This document shows positions 13,016-24,451 of a DNA stretch of 64,000 bases, in pieces. Position numbers and translations under genes: made by a program. Origin of the DNA: Eutreptiella sp. 'Long Island Sound 2002'. Lineage: Eukaryota > Protista > Euglenida. Location of the stretch: assembly GCA_964036045.1 (NCBI GenBank), contig OZ038379.1:10912001-10976000 (forward strand), read 5' to 3'. Below the pieces are notes generated by a model, which saw only the letters and a list, made by a program, of their open reading frames with translations, did no database searches and was not told the origin of the DNA. Numbering within the stretch: the first letter of the stretch is position 1; the number at the start of each line of letters is the position of its first letter.

Positions 13016-16000
13016 GTGATGGACCCTAAAGTGCAGGTTGACTGCCTTTCAGACTGTGCGTCACACTACGTTTTGTGCACTCCACCCCTCTACACAGCGT
13101 ATGTGTTTAGAGTGTAGTGGCTGAAGGGCGATTCCCCTGGGTTGAAAATGAGCCGAAATAGTGCCAGACCCGGAGCCAAAGCATGGGGTATGAAGATGTG
13201 GCGAAAGAGTTTTTGCGGTGGAGTGCATGGGCTACGAAGGCTGCCACTGCCCTTCGTCAATGGTACCTTCCCTACCCCCTTTGAAATCCCCCCGCCCCCA
13301 GGGGGGGAACCGTCACCTTGGCCCAGAAAGCATAGGAAATACTAGGCGCCGAAGGCGCCAAAGCAAATTTCTACAAGGCGCCGAAGCTGACCTGCACTGT
13401 GATACTATGGTACACATTTGTGGTGAGCCCCCCCTCCCCCCCTTGGACCCCCCCCATCCCCCACCTCCCTTAAGCAAAACTCTGGGGTCGGGTTTTGAGC
13501 CCCTCATTTTCCTATTATCTCAAAATGAGGCGGGTGTGTGGCCGGGGGCGTGTCCGGGAGCGCGTGCATGTGGGGGTGCATGCACATGTCAGGGTAGGTG
13601 GGCGGGCGGGTGGGCACGTGTGTCGCGGGCGTGTCAGGGCGGGCAGCCTGGCGTGTTGGTGTGGGCGGGAGGGCGTGTCGGGCGGGCGCAGTGGGGCGGG
13701 CAGGCACGTGTGTCTACACCGGCAGGCACGTGTCTCAGGGTGGGCAGGCGGGCGTGTCACGGTGGGCAGGCGGGCATGTTGGGGCTGGCTGGTAGGCGTG
13801 TCAGGGTGGATGGGCGGTCGTGTCGGGGCGGGCAGCTAATTTTTTTTGCGTGAATCTTGCACACTTTACCGGGACAATCACCATGTTGATGCTGGTTTTG
13901 TCAATGCCATGTAGATTATGTGGTCATAAGGCGGGAGGCGGGCCCATTCCCTGTATGCGGACCCCCCCCCCCCCCACCTTGCCCTATGTTTGACAGATTG
14001 TAGCTTCAGGATCATGATACCAATGGTGCTGCTGATTTCACATTTCAACGTTGAGGAAAGTTGAGTAAGCGTAGGATTAGCGAACACCAAAGTCAATGCA
14101 GTTGCCCAGCACAGAATTTTGTTGTGTGTCATTGTCCAATGCAGGACCTTTTCTCTGTGCTTCACTTTGCTTCTCCTACAACCCCACCACTGACCGCTAA
14201 TCCGAATCAAAGAAGGGTCCGTGTTCCAGGAGTAGGGGTAGGGCTGGGGTTATCAGGGCCTTTCTTTTGGCCTAACACTACTCCAAACCTGAAAAAGTGA
14301 ACCCAGAAAAATAATGCGAATTTTATAGTGCGGATTGAGGGGCATACCCCTGCGCCTACCACACTCCCTCTTCCAAGCCCGCCCAGGTTTAAAGCACCAT
14401 GGGCCCGCTTTTGGGTTACTCGTGCGCTTTTGGCTCATTTTTTACTGTGCGATGCCACCAGCGGGTGTTCCCTTCAATGGATCTGCACAGCGTGTGATAT
14501 GTGTGGGCCGGCGAGTGGGTCTGTCACATGGCAGACCACAAGGGGGCGGGGGGTTGCCTAGTGCACACAAAATGCGTGCACCTGCAAAAGGGGGGGGGGG
14601 GCGCCACAAGAGATGTGTACAGGATGTGATATGGGCTGTGAAATGAGTTGTGCTGATCTTGGAGATTAACCCCGGTCTTTGATCTCCTGCGTGGCCAACG
14701 CTCGCCAGTCTGCACGGCTTGCGTGTTGTAGGAGCAGCTGGTGCTTACACAATGTAAGTGGGTGGAGCTGACGTGGGCGGACCCCGAATCCAGTGATCTG
14801 CTGCAGAGCCCTGACGAGGGCACCATCATGGGACGGTATGTGTGTGTGTGCCTACGTGAAAAGAAGTGCTGCCCACAAGGGGGGCCTTGGGGACCGGCAT
14901 GATGCTCTTTGTTGGGCACTGTGCAAAGTGCGTTGCCACGGGTCTTGTGGGGGCCCTTTTTGTTCTTCTTTCTGCCCTCGGGACCCCCCCCCCCCCTGCA
15001 CCTGGTGCACCGTCCTGCCAGCCGCCAACCGTCGTCAGTTGACCGCCAACCGCCGCTGTTGAACCGCTGATTGCCCCTGTTCATCGAGGGCCCACCAATC
15101 CGTCCCTCTTTGTGACAGAAAGGTACCCATGGTCCTCCACAGCCACTGACGGGGCTTTCTTCTGCTTCATGCGCTGCTAACGCTTGCCGGCTTACTGCCA
15201 CAACCCAGTCTTCTTTCTGGGCCAAGGGGGGGTTTCCAGGTGAGAAATTCTGTGGAACGAATCCTGCACGACAGTTGTGTAGGGCTTGTGTGGCATATTC
15301 TCGTAGCCCCACCACCACAGGCCAAAGCGCACTACAAAAAATATGATGTGATTTGACATGCACACAGCACAAGTTTCCTCAGTTTGGCAGTAGTAGGCTC
15401 CTGCCAAGCATTCAAGTACTCACCCTCGTCTGTGCCGACCGGCCCAGGTCTGGCGCGAGGCATCGTGTGCGCGTCAAGACCAAGACTGCAGCCTATGGTC
15501 TTTGCAGTCGGCCCTCGCACTGTCATACAGCCCTGTTCCAACCATCCGTGGTGTGAACGCCTGCCGCCACTGCCGTTGACCGCCAACCACCATCGATGCA
15601 GCACTCGCCATGAAATCCGGGGCCAAAGGCGCCGAACCAAACCTCTATTGCCTTCGGCAACACACCTCGAAGCGTAGAGGGGACTGTGTTACCTGTGGGC
15701 ACACGACGAGTACCACTCACATGAATGCGGCAAGACTACGCACCTTCATATATGAGCTTTGAACATGGTGCGTGGTCACATGTTGAAGGTACGGGTTGCT
15801 GTGCTATTGGGGCAGCAAACTGGTTAAGCAATTTGTGCACCAGTTTCTTGGGGACTCCCGTCCACAGCACCCAAGGCATATGGCCATTGCCAACCAGTTC
15901 CGAATGTTGCCAGAGGGGGGGGCGGGGGCGGGGTGAGACAAGTCTCAAGACTTAGGTTGCATTGGTAACATAGGCAGCGCAAAGCAAAACACAAATTCAA

Positions 16001-17784
16001 CATGCATAGAAGACACCACCCCCTGCCATGATGCCGCGATGATCATTGCCAAGTGATCATTGTTGCCGGCACCACTTGGCACGCCTTTCCGTGATCTTTT
16101 CCAGCAAAGGCGGTACCGCACGCTCGTGTCCGATTTAACAGGAGGCCACGGATATCCCCGGATTCCACAACAGCCACAAACGGACACCCATTGGCTTCAC
16201 ATCTTGCGCCTGAGCGGGGGCGGGACCGGTGATGTGCAATATGCCGCAGACACAGCTTTGGCCGTTTTCGGATGGCGGTAGTTGTATTGTTTTCAGGCGT
16301 TTCGGCCGTTTTTGCACAGCGTTATTTGGATTAATTTTTGGCGATTTTAGCCATTTTCGGACACCGCTGTTACCCACCATTTTCTCGAGGGGTGGCAGGT
16401 CATGGCAGCAATTCATTAAGAATTTTTTTGTGGGGGAGGGGCAGAGTTTTGCTTAACAACTCAGCATCTCCTTGGGGGGGGGGGGGGCTAACACCCCTCC
16501 CTCTCGGACCCGATTTGACCAACACCCATGATTTCATGATCTTCGAGCTTTGCAACTTGCATATCTGTTCATAAGAAGCATCAACATTGCGAGCACATAT
16601 TCAAATTTCGTCCCAAAAAAGTTGCCTTTATACGCGTAGTCATGTGGTACCTGGCTTTTGCGGTTAATAGTGCCGTCAAAGCGTTAGGAGGTTGATTTTT
16701 TTGACAGGCAGCATCTGACAAACCTACAGAAGCCAGTGATGCGATTTGAAACATTGTGGGAAAAAAGTGAAATGTACAACAGGAAATATTGATTTGGGCT
16801 AATTTTTTTGGTACACAAACTGTTGGACTTTTGGGTTCCAGACCCCCCGCGCCCCCTTTTAAGCAAAACTCAGGGGAGGGGGTCAAAAGAACCCCCCAAA
16901 AACGTGGTAGACCTCAAAAGCATCGGCAAGCAACGCCAATGCGCACACTCGGCACTGAGCAAAGGGAAGAGGGTGGGGGACGGTTCTGGGCCGGGGGGGG
17001 GAGACCACAAATACCAGAGGTCTTCGAAGGAACCCCCTGTCTCTCAGTCGCACACCCGCTCTTCTCAGGCGAAGAATGGAGCCGGCGGATGCACAGCCCA
17101 CGTGCAAATCCGTGGTGGAGGAGGACTGACCCTGGGGTCCTGGAAGAGGGGTTACAGTTGGCGATGGGACATGCGAGCGGAGCAAGCAGGCGGTACCAAT
17201 TCGGAACGGCTTGCAGTCCATGCTACAGGAGGCGGATCGTGAAGATGGCTGCTCATAGGAAGCCACTCTGCGTCGAAACCTGAAGGACCGCACCAGAAAG
17301 GCGCACACGGGGGCGGCGTACAAATTCTTGGGGCACAGTGCAGAGCTGCGCAGGGGCGCAGGGTGGGACCGCGAAGGGGCGCAGGGCAAGGTGGCGCAAG
17401 GGCGCAGCATGGGGTTGCGCAGGGGTGCAGCAATGGGCACGGCATGACCTTCAGAAAGAGGGCCAGAAAGAGAGGGGGCTGATGTACAGGCATCTGCTGG
17501 AGATGGTGTAAAGGCCAGGGATGTATTAGAACGACCGTTTACCGTCGGAGGAGGGGGGATCCCCCCCCCCCCCCCCGCTGGACCCCTCTCCCCCCCCCCC
17601 CCGCCCCTCCTCCCGTTCCACTGTTTGAGGCAGAATTTTCTTCTGCGCCTTTGGTGCAACAGGATTTAAGCTTAAAAATTTTTTTCTGGCACCTTTGACG
17701 CCGGGGTCAGGGGGACCATACAAGGATCCAGTATATCCAATACATCTCTGGTAGAGGCCCCCCGGGTGCACCTAGGGTTGGTCG

Positions 17785-17878
17785 TGCTTTGAGATGACGC
17801 TGGATGAAGTCGAAGGCATCGGTATCCACCGCTTGGCAGTCATGGGGCAGCTTGTAGGGGTCCTGGAGCACGTCGACT
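17785..17878 (-). CDS. Possible isolated exon (DVLQDPYKLPHDCQAVDTDAFDFIQRHLK), product unknown
   Basis: Nearly all codons end in G/C and an upstream ACAG could be the acceptor. Boundaries are uncertain and no partner exon was found. Confidence 0.35.
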
Positions 17879-18679
17879 GTACGATCACCTCAGCCCCAGA
17901 GACCCCGTGCTTTGCGGAGACGAATACCTGCCGTGGGCGTGGGTTCCTCTGGGCTTTGATGTTCACTGGCGCTTAGCCACGATGGAGATGGCGGCCGCGG
18001 AGTACGTCCGCACCCCGTCCCCCCTTTACACACCCCACACCTTCGTCAAAGGCTGTCTTCAATTGGTTGATTTTTTTTTACCATTTTAGGCGGGTGCCCA
18101 GAATTTTGCTTCACAACTCAACATCTCGCGGGTGGGGGGTGGGGTGGGGGGGATCTAACACCCCCCCCAAAGCCCCCGGTAAGTGATTGGGCCGCATTGT
18201 CCATTGGCCGACAAGGACGGTCAGGGATGGCAATAAGAAGCGCGGGTGGAGATGGGACATGGGAGTGGGTTCGGGCCCTAGTCCCCTGTCTGCCCTGTCC
18301 TGCCACCCCCCCCCCCCCCCAATGTACAGCTGCAGTAGTATGGCATTTGTTGGTCTTCTGGGAACGGGGGGTTTCAGTCGGGTTTGTTGTGCCCCGTCCC
18401 ATGTGAAGACAAAGGCCTCACAATCCTCTGCGGGGTTGGGGTCCCCCCCGCACAGCTCAGCCCCACCCTTTAGCAACGCTCTGCGTGTGCCTCGTGGGTT
18501 CATTTGTATGTCTGCGGGAATGCCCTGTTTCGGTTTCACACGTGGCGACTGGGGAGCGGGTTCTGACCCCCGGCTTGCGTGAACCTGACCGCCCACTTGT
18601 GTCACCATTCCCTTGCCCGTGTGGACTCAAATGGAATTACGAGGGGATTCGAGAATGTCGCCAAAACGCCACAAAGAAT

Positions 18680-19072
18680 ACGTCACCCTCTTTTGGGCCC
18701 CCATGAAGGCAGGGGTGAGGTAGCCACTTCTGATTTAGTTCTACTTTATTGGGGACCACTTCTGAATTTTTGCTCCCCGCGCTTGGTGTTGGGGATCCCC
18801 GAGAATGGGGTGACAAAGCATACCCGCCCTCTTTTGGGCCCCCGAGAAGGCAGGGGTGAGGTAGCCACTTCTGATTTTGTTCCCCTTTGTTGGTGACCAC
18901 TTCTGAATTTTTGCTCCCCGCGCTTGGCGTTGGGGATCCCCGAGAATGCAGGGGCACCATAGCATTTCCGCCCCCTTTTTGGCCCCCGAGAAGGCAGGGG
19001 TGAGGTAGCCACTTCTGATTTTGCTCCCCTTTGTTGGGGACCACTTCTGAATTTTTGCTCCCTGCGCTTGGC
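18680..19072. repeat. Tandem repeat of ~142-146 bp, ~3 copies; related copies at ~56040-56530 and ~57740-57830
   Basis: AAGGCAGGGGTGAGGTAGCCACTTCTGATTT...ACCACTTCTGAATTTTTGCTCCC is repeated. Confidence 0.9.
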
Positions 19073-19626
19073 GTTGCAAGGCAAACATATGCTGAGGACG
19101 ATGGGGGATTGGACTGTCGAACCATAGCCTATTGGGGTGGAGTCTCCGGACTCGAGTCCAAGGGTTGTAGGGATGCGTCCATGGTACCCGGAGTCTGAGG
19201 CATTGCCTTTGCAACTAGGAACAAAATAGAAACAACACCGTTTGTGTGCCTTTCCATAGTAGGTTTCCGTAGTAGTGATGCAGTAGCTCATGGTAGGTGG
19301 CTGTGTCAAACAAGGTACCCCTCGCCTTTGTCATAGCCACGCCCTTGTCCATGCCACAGTAAGTAGGGACCGTATTTATTTCAAACCTACTTGAATTCGG
19401 TACCAAATGTAGTGCAGTCACATAAGACATGGTCTTGGTGATGAATATGCCAGATACATAGAGTCATCCTTAATATGTCTTCTGTTGCAAGGCATACATA
19501 TGCTGAGGACGATGGGGGATTGGACTGTCGGACCATAGCCTATTGGGGTGGAGTCTCCGGACTCGAGTCCAAGGGTTGTAGGGATGCGTCCATGGTACCC
19601 GGAGTCTATGGCATTGCCTTTGCAAC
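19073..19626. repeat. Two 143-bp modules (19073-19215, 19484-19626) bounded by 11-12 bp imperfect inverted repeats (MITE-like)
   Basis: Each starts GTTGCAAGGCA and ends TGCCTTTGCAAC. The internal sequences are nearly identical. No TSD is evident. Confidence 0.75.
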
Positions 19627-20793
19627 CAAAAACAAAATAGAAACAGCACCTATTTTTTCGGCAGTAAAACGGGTTACATGGCCGAGAAAAACGGGTTAAT
19701 AGCCCGTTTTCGTGCCGGTAAAACGGGTTACTTGCACGTTTTACATGTAAATAAACGAAATGAATAATATGTAATACATGAACATACATAATACATAATT
19801 TAAATAATGGAAAACAATGATTTTGTGAACTAACAAGCGTAGCGTCATGACACAAGAACTTTTGCGGAGTAGCTGCGGAGTAGCGGCACGAGCAGACAAT
19901 TGGGTTTACGGTGGGTGCAAAAGTATTGAAATGCCCTCCCTTTAGCATTTACAGCATGAGGGCAAACACCTACGTACTATGCAATTGAACTTTATGACAC
20001 TTGCTACTAACATCGGTGCTTGCACTCCATCATTTTGCGTTGATTCCAAAGCACAATATGCGGGTGAGACACATGCAGCCCATCCATGTCCTCAAAGCTT
20101 CATGATGCGTGACACTCGGATGGTTTATGTTCATCCTTGCTTCAAGAGACAAATACAAAACCTTAAGTTTAACCCTAGTGCATGCACGAAACAATACTAA
20201 ACAATGCTTGCCTCGGCTCACTGGCCTGTTCAGTTGCCACCGTAGTGGCCAGTATAACATCGTTGTGACCGACAGCGTTCGCCTCCCCGCAGGGGACCCG
20301 ACCAATACCCACACGTTCACGCACTCACTCACCCGCGTATTCTGTCATGTCCCGCCGACGAAAGCAAAGATACATTCAACATACAGTGCCCCGTCCCTGC
20401 CCATCATAGCTGGTCATGCGCGGATGTAACTCAATCGCGGCAGGGGGTGGGTGGGTGGGGTCAGAGCAGGCCACCCTCTCACCTTCAAACCCCCCCCCTG
20501 CGCCCACTACTGTCGCTCTTAAGCTGGACATCCCACCGCTCCCACTCCACAAAACAGCTATGAAGTGTGGCAGAAACCCGCCCCGATTAGTGGCAGGGGG
20601 TGGGGGGGGGGGGGACAAACTGACAAATGCCTAATGAAGAGGTAATTAAGTTAAACCAGTGTTTTGAGCAAGCTCAAAACACGAGTTTAACCCTAGTGCA
20701 TGCACGAAACAATACTAAACAATGCTTGCCTCGGCTCACTGGAAAGCTTTACCAGGCTGGCTTCTGACACCCGCGGCGCGACCCAGGTGGGCG

Positions 20794-23700
20794 TCATACA
20801 TAAGCTAGGCCTTGCACCCAGCAGAGTTCAGGATACTTCTGCAATACTCGCCATCTCTCCCACGCCTCCAACTCAGCTTGGTGCACCCGCCCCCCGAAAT
20901 CCATGTCCACTCGACTCATTGGATCGGCAGGATGAAGCTCTGACGGCACCCAAATTAGACGTACTATCACTCCTGTGTTATACAGCACCCACGTCAGTGC
21001 GCGCAACACACGCAACTGGGTACGCAGATGGGATGCTGCCTTCAAACCCCTCACCTGAGCAATGCCCACCATACTGTCGGCGAAGACAGTGAAAACCTTC
21101 CAACCCAACCGCACCGCCAATCTCACCGCCCACGCTATGCCCATGAGCTCCGCCACCTGCTGGTTACAGGGTCCGTCCGGGCATACCCATGTTCGCACAG
21201 ACTGGTTAGCAGGCAACACACCACCCACCCTGTAGCAAACACCGTCTTTGGCGGCATCCACCAATATCACAGCCCCAAACAAATCGCCTCTAGATGCCGG
21301 CCTTTCAGAGAGGCACCAACCTCCCAGCTGCCGTACCCTTCGCATGCGCGACTCCGACAGCGGTCTCCACTTCTGGCCTATGCGCGCAATTGCTGTCGCC
21401 AATCCCTCCAACACTTTAACAGGGGTGGCTGGCGCCCTTTCCGGTCCAAATCTCGACCAGGCATACGCTCCTGCGAGCACCCCTGAAAACCCGCGTCGTG
21501 GCCCTAAATGCCACTGCAGGGTACCCAGCAGCTTGTCCAGCCGCCGCTTCGAGTACGCCCCCGTGGCCAGTCGCAACCACGCAACCAGGAACTGGAGGAA
21601 CACAAAAGGCTGCACTTGGATGGAACGTTCTTTCAAATCAACCACCTTCCCCAAGGCCTGTAGCTTCTGGACGGGGCTCAGTGTGCTCTTAGCACTAACC
21701 AAGAATCCCGCCCGCACGATACGATCTTTCAAGTGACTCGTGGTTGTCCCAAGCAGGGGTTTGTCGCTGGATAACAAAATAAAGTCATCCAAGTAATGCA
21801 CCAAAAAGACCCCATCCGGCACTGCATCTCCCACCACCCGCCCCAATATCTCCTGACACAGATAGGGCGAAAAGGCCCACCCAAACGGGAGGCGGTCCAG
21901 CGACACGAGCCCCCCCTTCTGGTGGGTAAAGAAGCGGAAAATTCGCCTCGCTTTTCTGGGTAACAGGAACGACCAGAAGGCATTAGAGAGGTCGATATGA
22001 GTACCGTACAGTTCCACCCCAGCCGGCTGCTCCGCCATCCATCTACCTATTCCCTCCCAAGACGCTAGTGAAAACTTTGGTGGCTTGAGATGCAATCCCC
22101 TGTGAATACCCACGCAACTTAAAATCAAGGAGCGCTTAATATCATTTTTGGGTATTACAAAAGGAAAACAGGTTGGCGGTAGAGAGGGTGATTCATCATG
22201 TAAAACACCAGTCCTTCGAATGGCGTCCGTCATTCCACTCACCGTTGCTCGCACCCTCCCATTTCCCCTGTCAGCCTCCCGCAGATCAAAAGTTCTCATG
22301 AATTCCAAAAACTCCGGGGGCACCGCAGCATCCCATTCCGCTTCAGACATCGCATAGCACCCCACATTACCTATACCAGCCTCCAAAATCTCCGGGGTGA
22401 CCTTCGCTTCCCTAGGCTTGGGAGAGGTGGAGAGGTGATTAACAGAATCCCAAACCCCTGGCGAGAGGTACTGTACTGCCATCAGGCAAATCCCCAGTGG
22501 CTCATCCAACCGAAAGTCCTCACAAACAGAAATAATGCGATTCAACAGTATCCACAGACGACGCACCAGAACCCCTACTGCACACTGTAGCCTACACTTG
22601 AGCCACCAGAAGTGTTGGGTCAGCACAGCCATGATGGTCAGGAGAATTCCACCTTTAAGATGCAGGCCAGCCTCCGTGCCCACCCAACCCCCCAGAATCC
22701 CAGGCACTCTCAAGGGGGAGCCCAGGGGCTGGTCACCGTTGCTGGCGAGCCCCCCCCCTGGTGCTGCCGGCTCCACTGGGTAGAGTCCTGGATCGCTTCC
22801 GTCCCGGTCCGGACTCTCCATCGCTGTGCCGCGGTCGTCGTGTAGCTCCCGCCACCCTTGTGGTAACCGGGCGTCTCGTTGAAGGCGTCGCCACCGCCAC
22901 CGCCGCGCCACCCTTCCGGCCTGCTGGTACTGAAAGGGCTCTGCCACCCACCGTACGCTTGACTCCTCGGTGCCCTCGGGCAGGCTCAGCGGCTGACCGC
23001 CATGGCCCCGACTTCGTTGGCGCCTTTGGTCGTCCCGGCGGCGGCGCCGTGAATCTGAACTTTGCCCTCTCTCCTCCATTGCCGGGCACTTGCTGCCCAG
23101 CACTCGCTGCATCGCTGGCATCCGATCCCCCGCTGGGGAGTGGACCGGCAGGACCCGCAAGTCCCCGCTCAGCGACACCTGGCCTCCCCATCGTCGGTCC
23201 TGCTCTTGAACTCCTTCTTGCCTCTGGCGCTGGAACAACCTCTGCAGTCCTCCGGACACCCGAACGCACACTCGGCCCATCATCGGCCGATACTCCTGAT
23301 CCCGTGTCCTCCGATGAACTGCCCAAGTCTGCCGCATCAGATCTCGGTTCCCCTGCAAATCTCTTACCCCTGAACATACTGGGCGCTGCTCGGCGTCGCT
23401 CGCTCCGGCCCCACACCGGCCGGTTTTTGTCCTGATGCCGCTCATCGAACATGATGTCTCCCCATACTTGCTGCGGATCCGCGAAAGCTGCCGCTGATAC
23501 GGAACCCCAAACCTGTGGTAGACAAAGCGGGGCCACAACCTCTTCATCTCGGTACCCAAGCGCATACGCCATTGCCGTCGCCGTTGCTGCCCATCTGCCC
23601 CACCATTTAAAATGAGGCAGGGCCGGTCCTCTCTTCCAGCACGCTGCAGCTCCTCCACGTCGGAAACAGTGCCACCGATGTCGGGACCATGCCGTCCCAC

Positions 23701-24123
23701 GCACCAAGTCCGCCATTGTTTTCTCGAGCTGAGGAGCCCCTGCAGGAAAGAGCAAGTCGTCCCTGGCGCACCCTCGTCCCTCAGCCCAGTCGTGAAGCCA
23801 CTCAACAAACGGCCTGACCCAAGGAGGCACCGGCCTCCTCTGCCACCCTTCATGTCCTGTCTTACTATTCCAAAAAACCAAATAACTGCTGTCACGTACA
23901 TCCCCAACACGTACGCTAGCAGCCTCCGCCACTCTAAGAAAACAAACATATGACACCAGGGCCATTGCCACGACCGCCCTTTCGCCATCCGAAGTCGTTC
24001 TATCCACCAAATGACGCAGCAGTACAGGACTTGCATATTCTTGGACTCCCGCTTGGGCCCCCGCTTTAGCAAGCCGCCAATGCAGTGGTTTGACGACCCC
24101 TGCAGCCATTTGGAGGTCTTCAC
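20794..24123 (-). CDS. Reverse transcriptase/RNase H ORF of the YR element (true start uncertain; the 5' part overlaps the YR ORF)
   Basis: RT motifs HIDLSNAFW, RLPFGWAFSPYLCQ and HYLDDF. RNase H motifs LVDAAKD, QVAELMG, FADSMV and HPADPMSR. No stops. Confidence 0.93.
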   Translation of the reverse strand: MKTSKWLQGSSNHCIGGLLKRGPKRESKNMQVLYCCVIWWIERLRMAKGRSWQWPWCHMFVFLEWRRLLAYVLGMYVTAVIWFFGIVRQDMKGGRGGRCLLGSGRLLSGFTTGLRDEGAPGTTCSFLQGLLSSRKQWRTWCVGRHGPDIGGTVSDVEELQRAGREDRPCLILNGGADGQQRRRQWRMRLGTEMKRLWPRFVYHRFGVPYQRQLSRIRSKYGETSCSMSGIRTKTGRCGAGASDAEQRPVCSGVRDLQGNRDLMRQTWAVHRRTRDQEYRPMMGRVCVRVSGGLQRLFQRQRQEGVQEQDRRWGGQVSLSGDLRVLPVHSPAGDRMPAMQRVLGSKCPAMEERGQSSDSRRRRRDDQRRQRSRGHGGQPLSLPEGTEESSVRWVAEPFQYQQAGRVARRWRWRRLQRDARLPQGWRELHDDRGTAMESPDRDGSDPGLYPVEPAAPGGGLASNGDQPLGSPLRVPGILGGWVGTEAGLHLKGGILLTIMAVLTQHFWWLKCRLQCAVGVLVRRLWILLNRIISVCEDFRLDEPLGICLMAVQYLSPGVWDSVNHLSTSPKPREAKVTPEILEAGIGNVGCYAMSEAEWDAAVPPEFLEFMRTFDLREADRGNGRVRATVSGMTDAIRRTGVLHDESPSLPPTCFPFVIPKNDIKRSLILSCVGIHRGLHLKPPKFSLASWEGIGRWMAEQPAGVELYGTHIDLSNAFWSFLLPRKARRIFRFFTHQKGGLVSLDRLPFGWAFSPYLCQEILGRVVGDAVPDGVFLVHYLDDFILLSSDKPLLGTTTSHLKDRIVRAGFLVSAKSTLSPVQKLQALGKVVDLKERSIQVQPFVFLQFLVAWLRLATGAYSKRRLDKLLGTLQWHLGPRRGFSGVLAGAYAWSRFGPERAPATPVKVLEGLATAIARIGQKWRPLSESRMRRVRQLGGWCLSERPASRGDLFGAVILVDAAKDGVCYRVGGVLPANQSVRTWVCPDGPCNQQVAELMGIAWAVRLAVRLGWKVFTVFADSMVGIAQVRGLKAASHLRTQLRVLRALTWVLYNTGVIVRLIWVPSELHPADPMSRVDMDFGGRVHQAELEAWERWRVLQKYPELCWVQGLAYV

Positions 24124-24373
24124 AAGCCCGCACTACCGAGATGATGCCTCTCGCCCCACTTGAGCTGCCACCATTTTGAACGTGCTGAGCGAGTTTCCGA
24201 GATAGGATGGAAGGCAAGTTGCCCTCTTCTCCCAAGGATTCCTCAAGGTCTCCCAACCTTCGCAAACTGGACGCGTATCCAGCCGTCGTAGACGGCTTCC
24301 AACCCCGAATTGCAACACCCACAGGTGTTGTGGGTTCTTCCTCACGTCGGTGCGACTCAAACTCAAGCGCCAA
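22733..24373 (-). CDS. Tyrosine recombinase ORF of the YR element
   Basis: Catalytic set present: FLRVAEA (R), NSKTG (K), HCFRRGG (HxxR), GRW (W), AMAY (Y). Low-complexity C-terminal tail. Confidence 0.93.
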   Translation of the reverse strand: MALEFESHRREEEPTTPVGVAIRGWKPSTTAGYASSLRRLGDLEESLGEEGNLPSILSRKLAQHVQNGGSSSGARGIISVVRACEDLQMAAGVVKPLHWRLAKAGAQAGVQEYASPVLLRHLVDRTTSDGERAVVAMALVSYVCFLRVAEAASVRVGDVRDSSYLVFWNSKTGHEGWQRRPVPPWVRPFVEWLHDWAEGRGCARDDLLFPAGAPQLEKTMADLVRGTAWSRHRWHCFRRGGAAACWKRGPALPHFKWWGRWAATATAMAYALGYRDEEVVAPLCLPQVWGSVSAAAFADPQQVWGDIMFDERHQDKNRPVWGRSERRRAAPSMFRGKRFAGEPRSDAADLGSSSEDTGSGVSADDGPSVRSGVRRTAEVVPAPEARRSSRAGPTMGRPGVAERGLAGPAGPLPSGGSDASDAASAGQQVPGNGGERAKFRFTAPPPGRPKAPTKSGPWRSAAEPARGHRGVKRTVGGRALSVPAGRKGGAAVAVATPSTRRPVTTRVAGATRRPRHSDGESGPGRKRSRTLPSGAGSTRGGARQQR

Positions 24374-24451
24374 CCACCGGTACGTCGGCCTCTGCTCTCC
24401 CGGTGGTTCGATCCCCGCGACGGCATCCCGATACCGCCACGGGTTTTCTCG

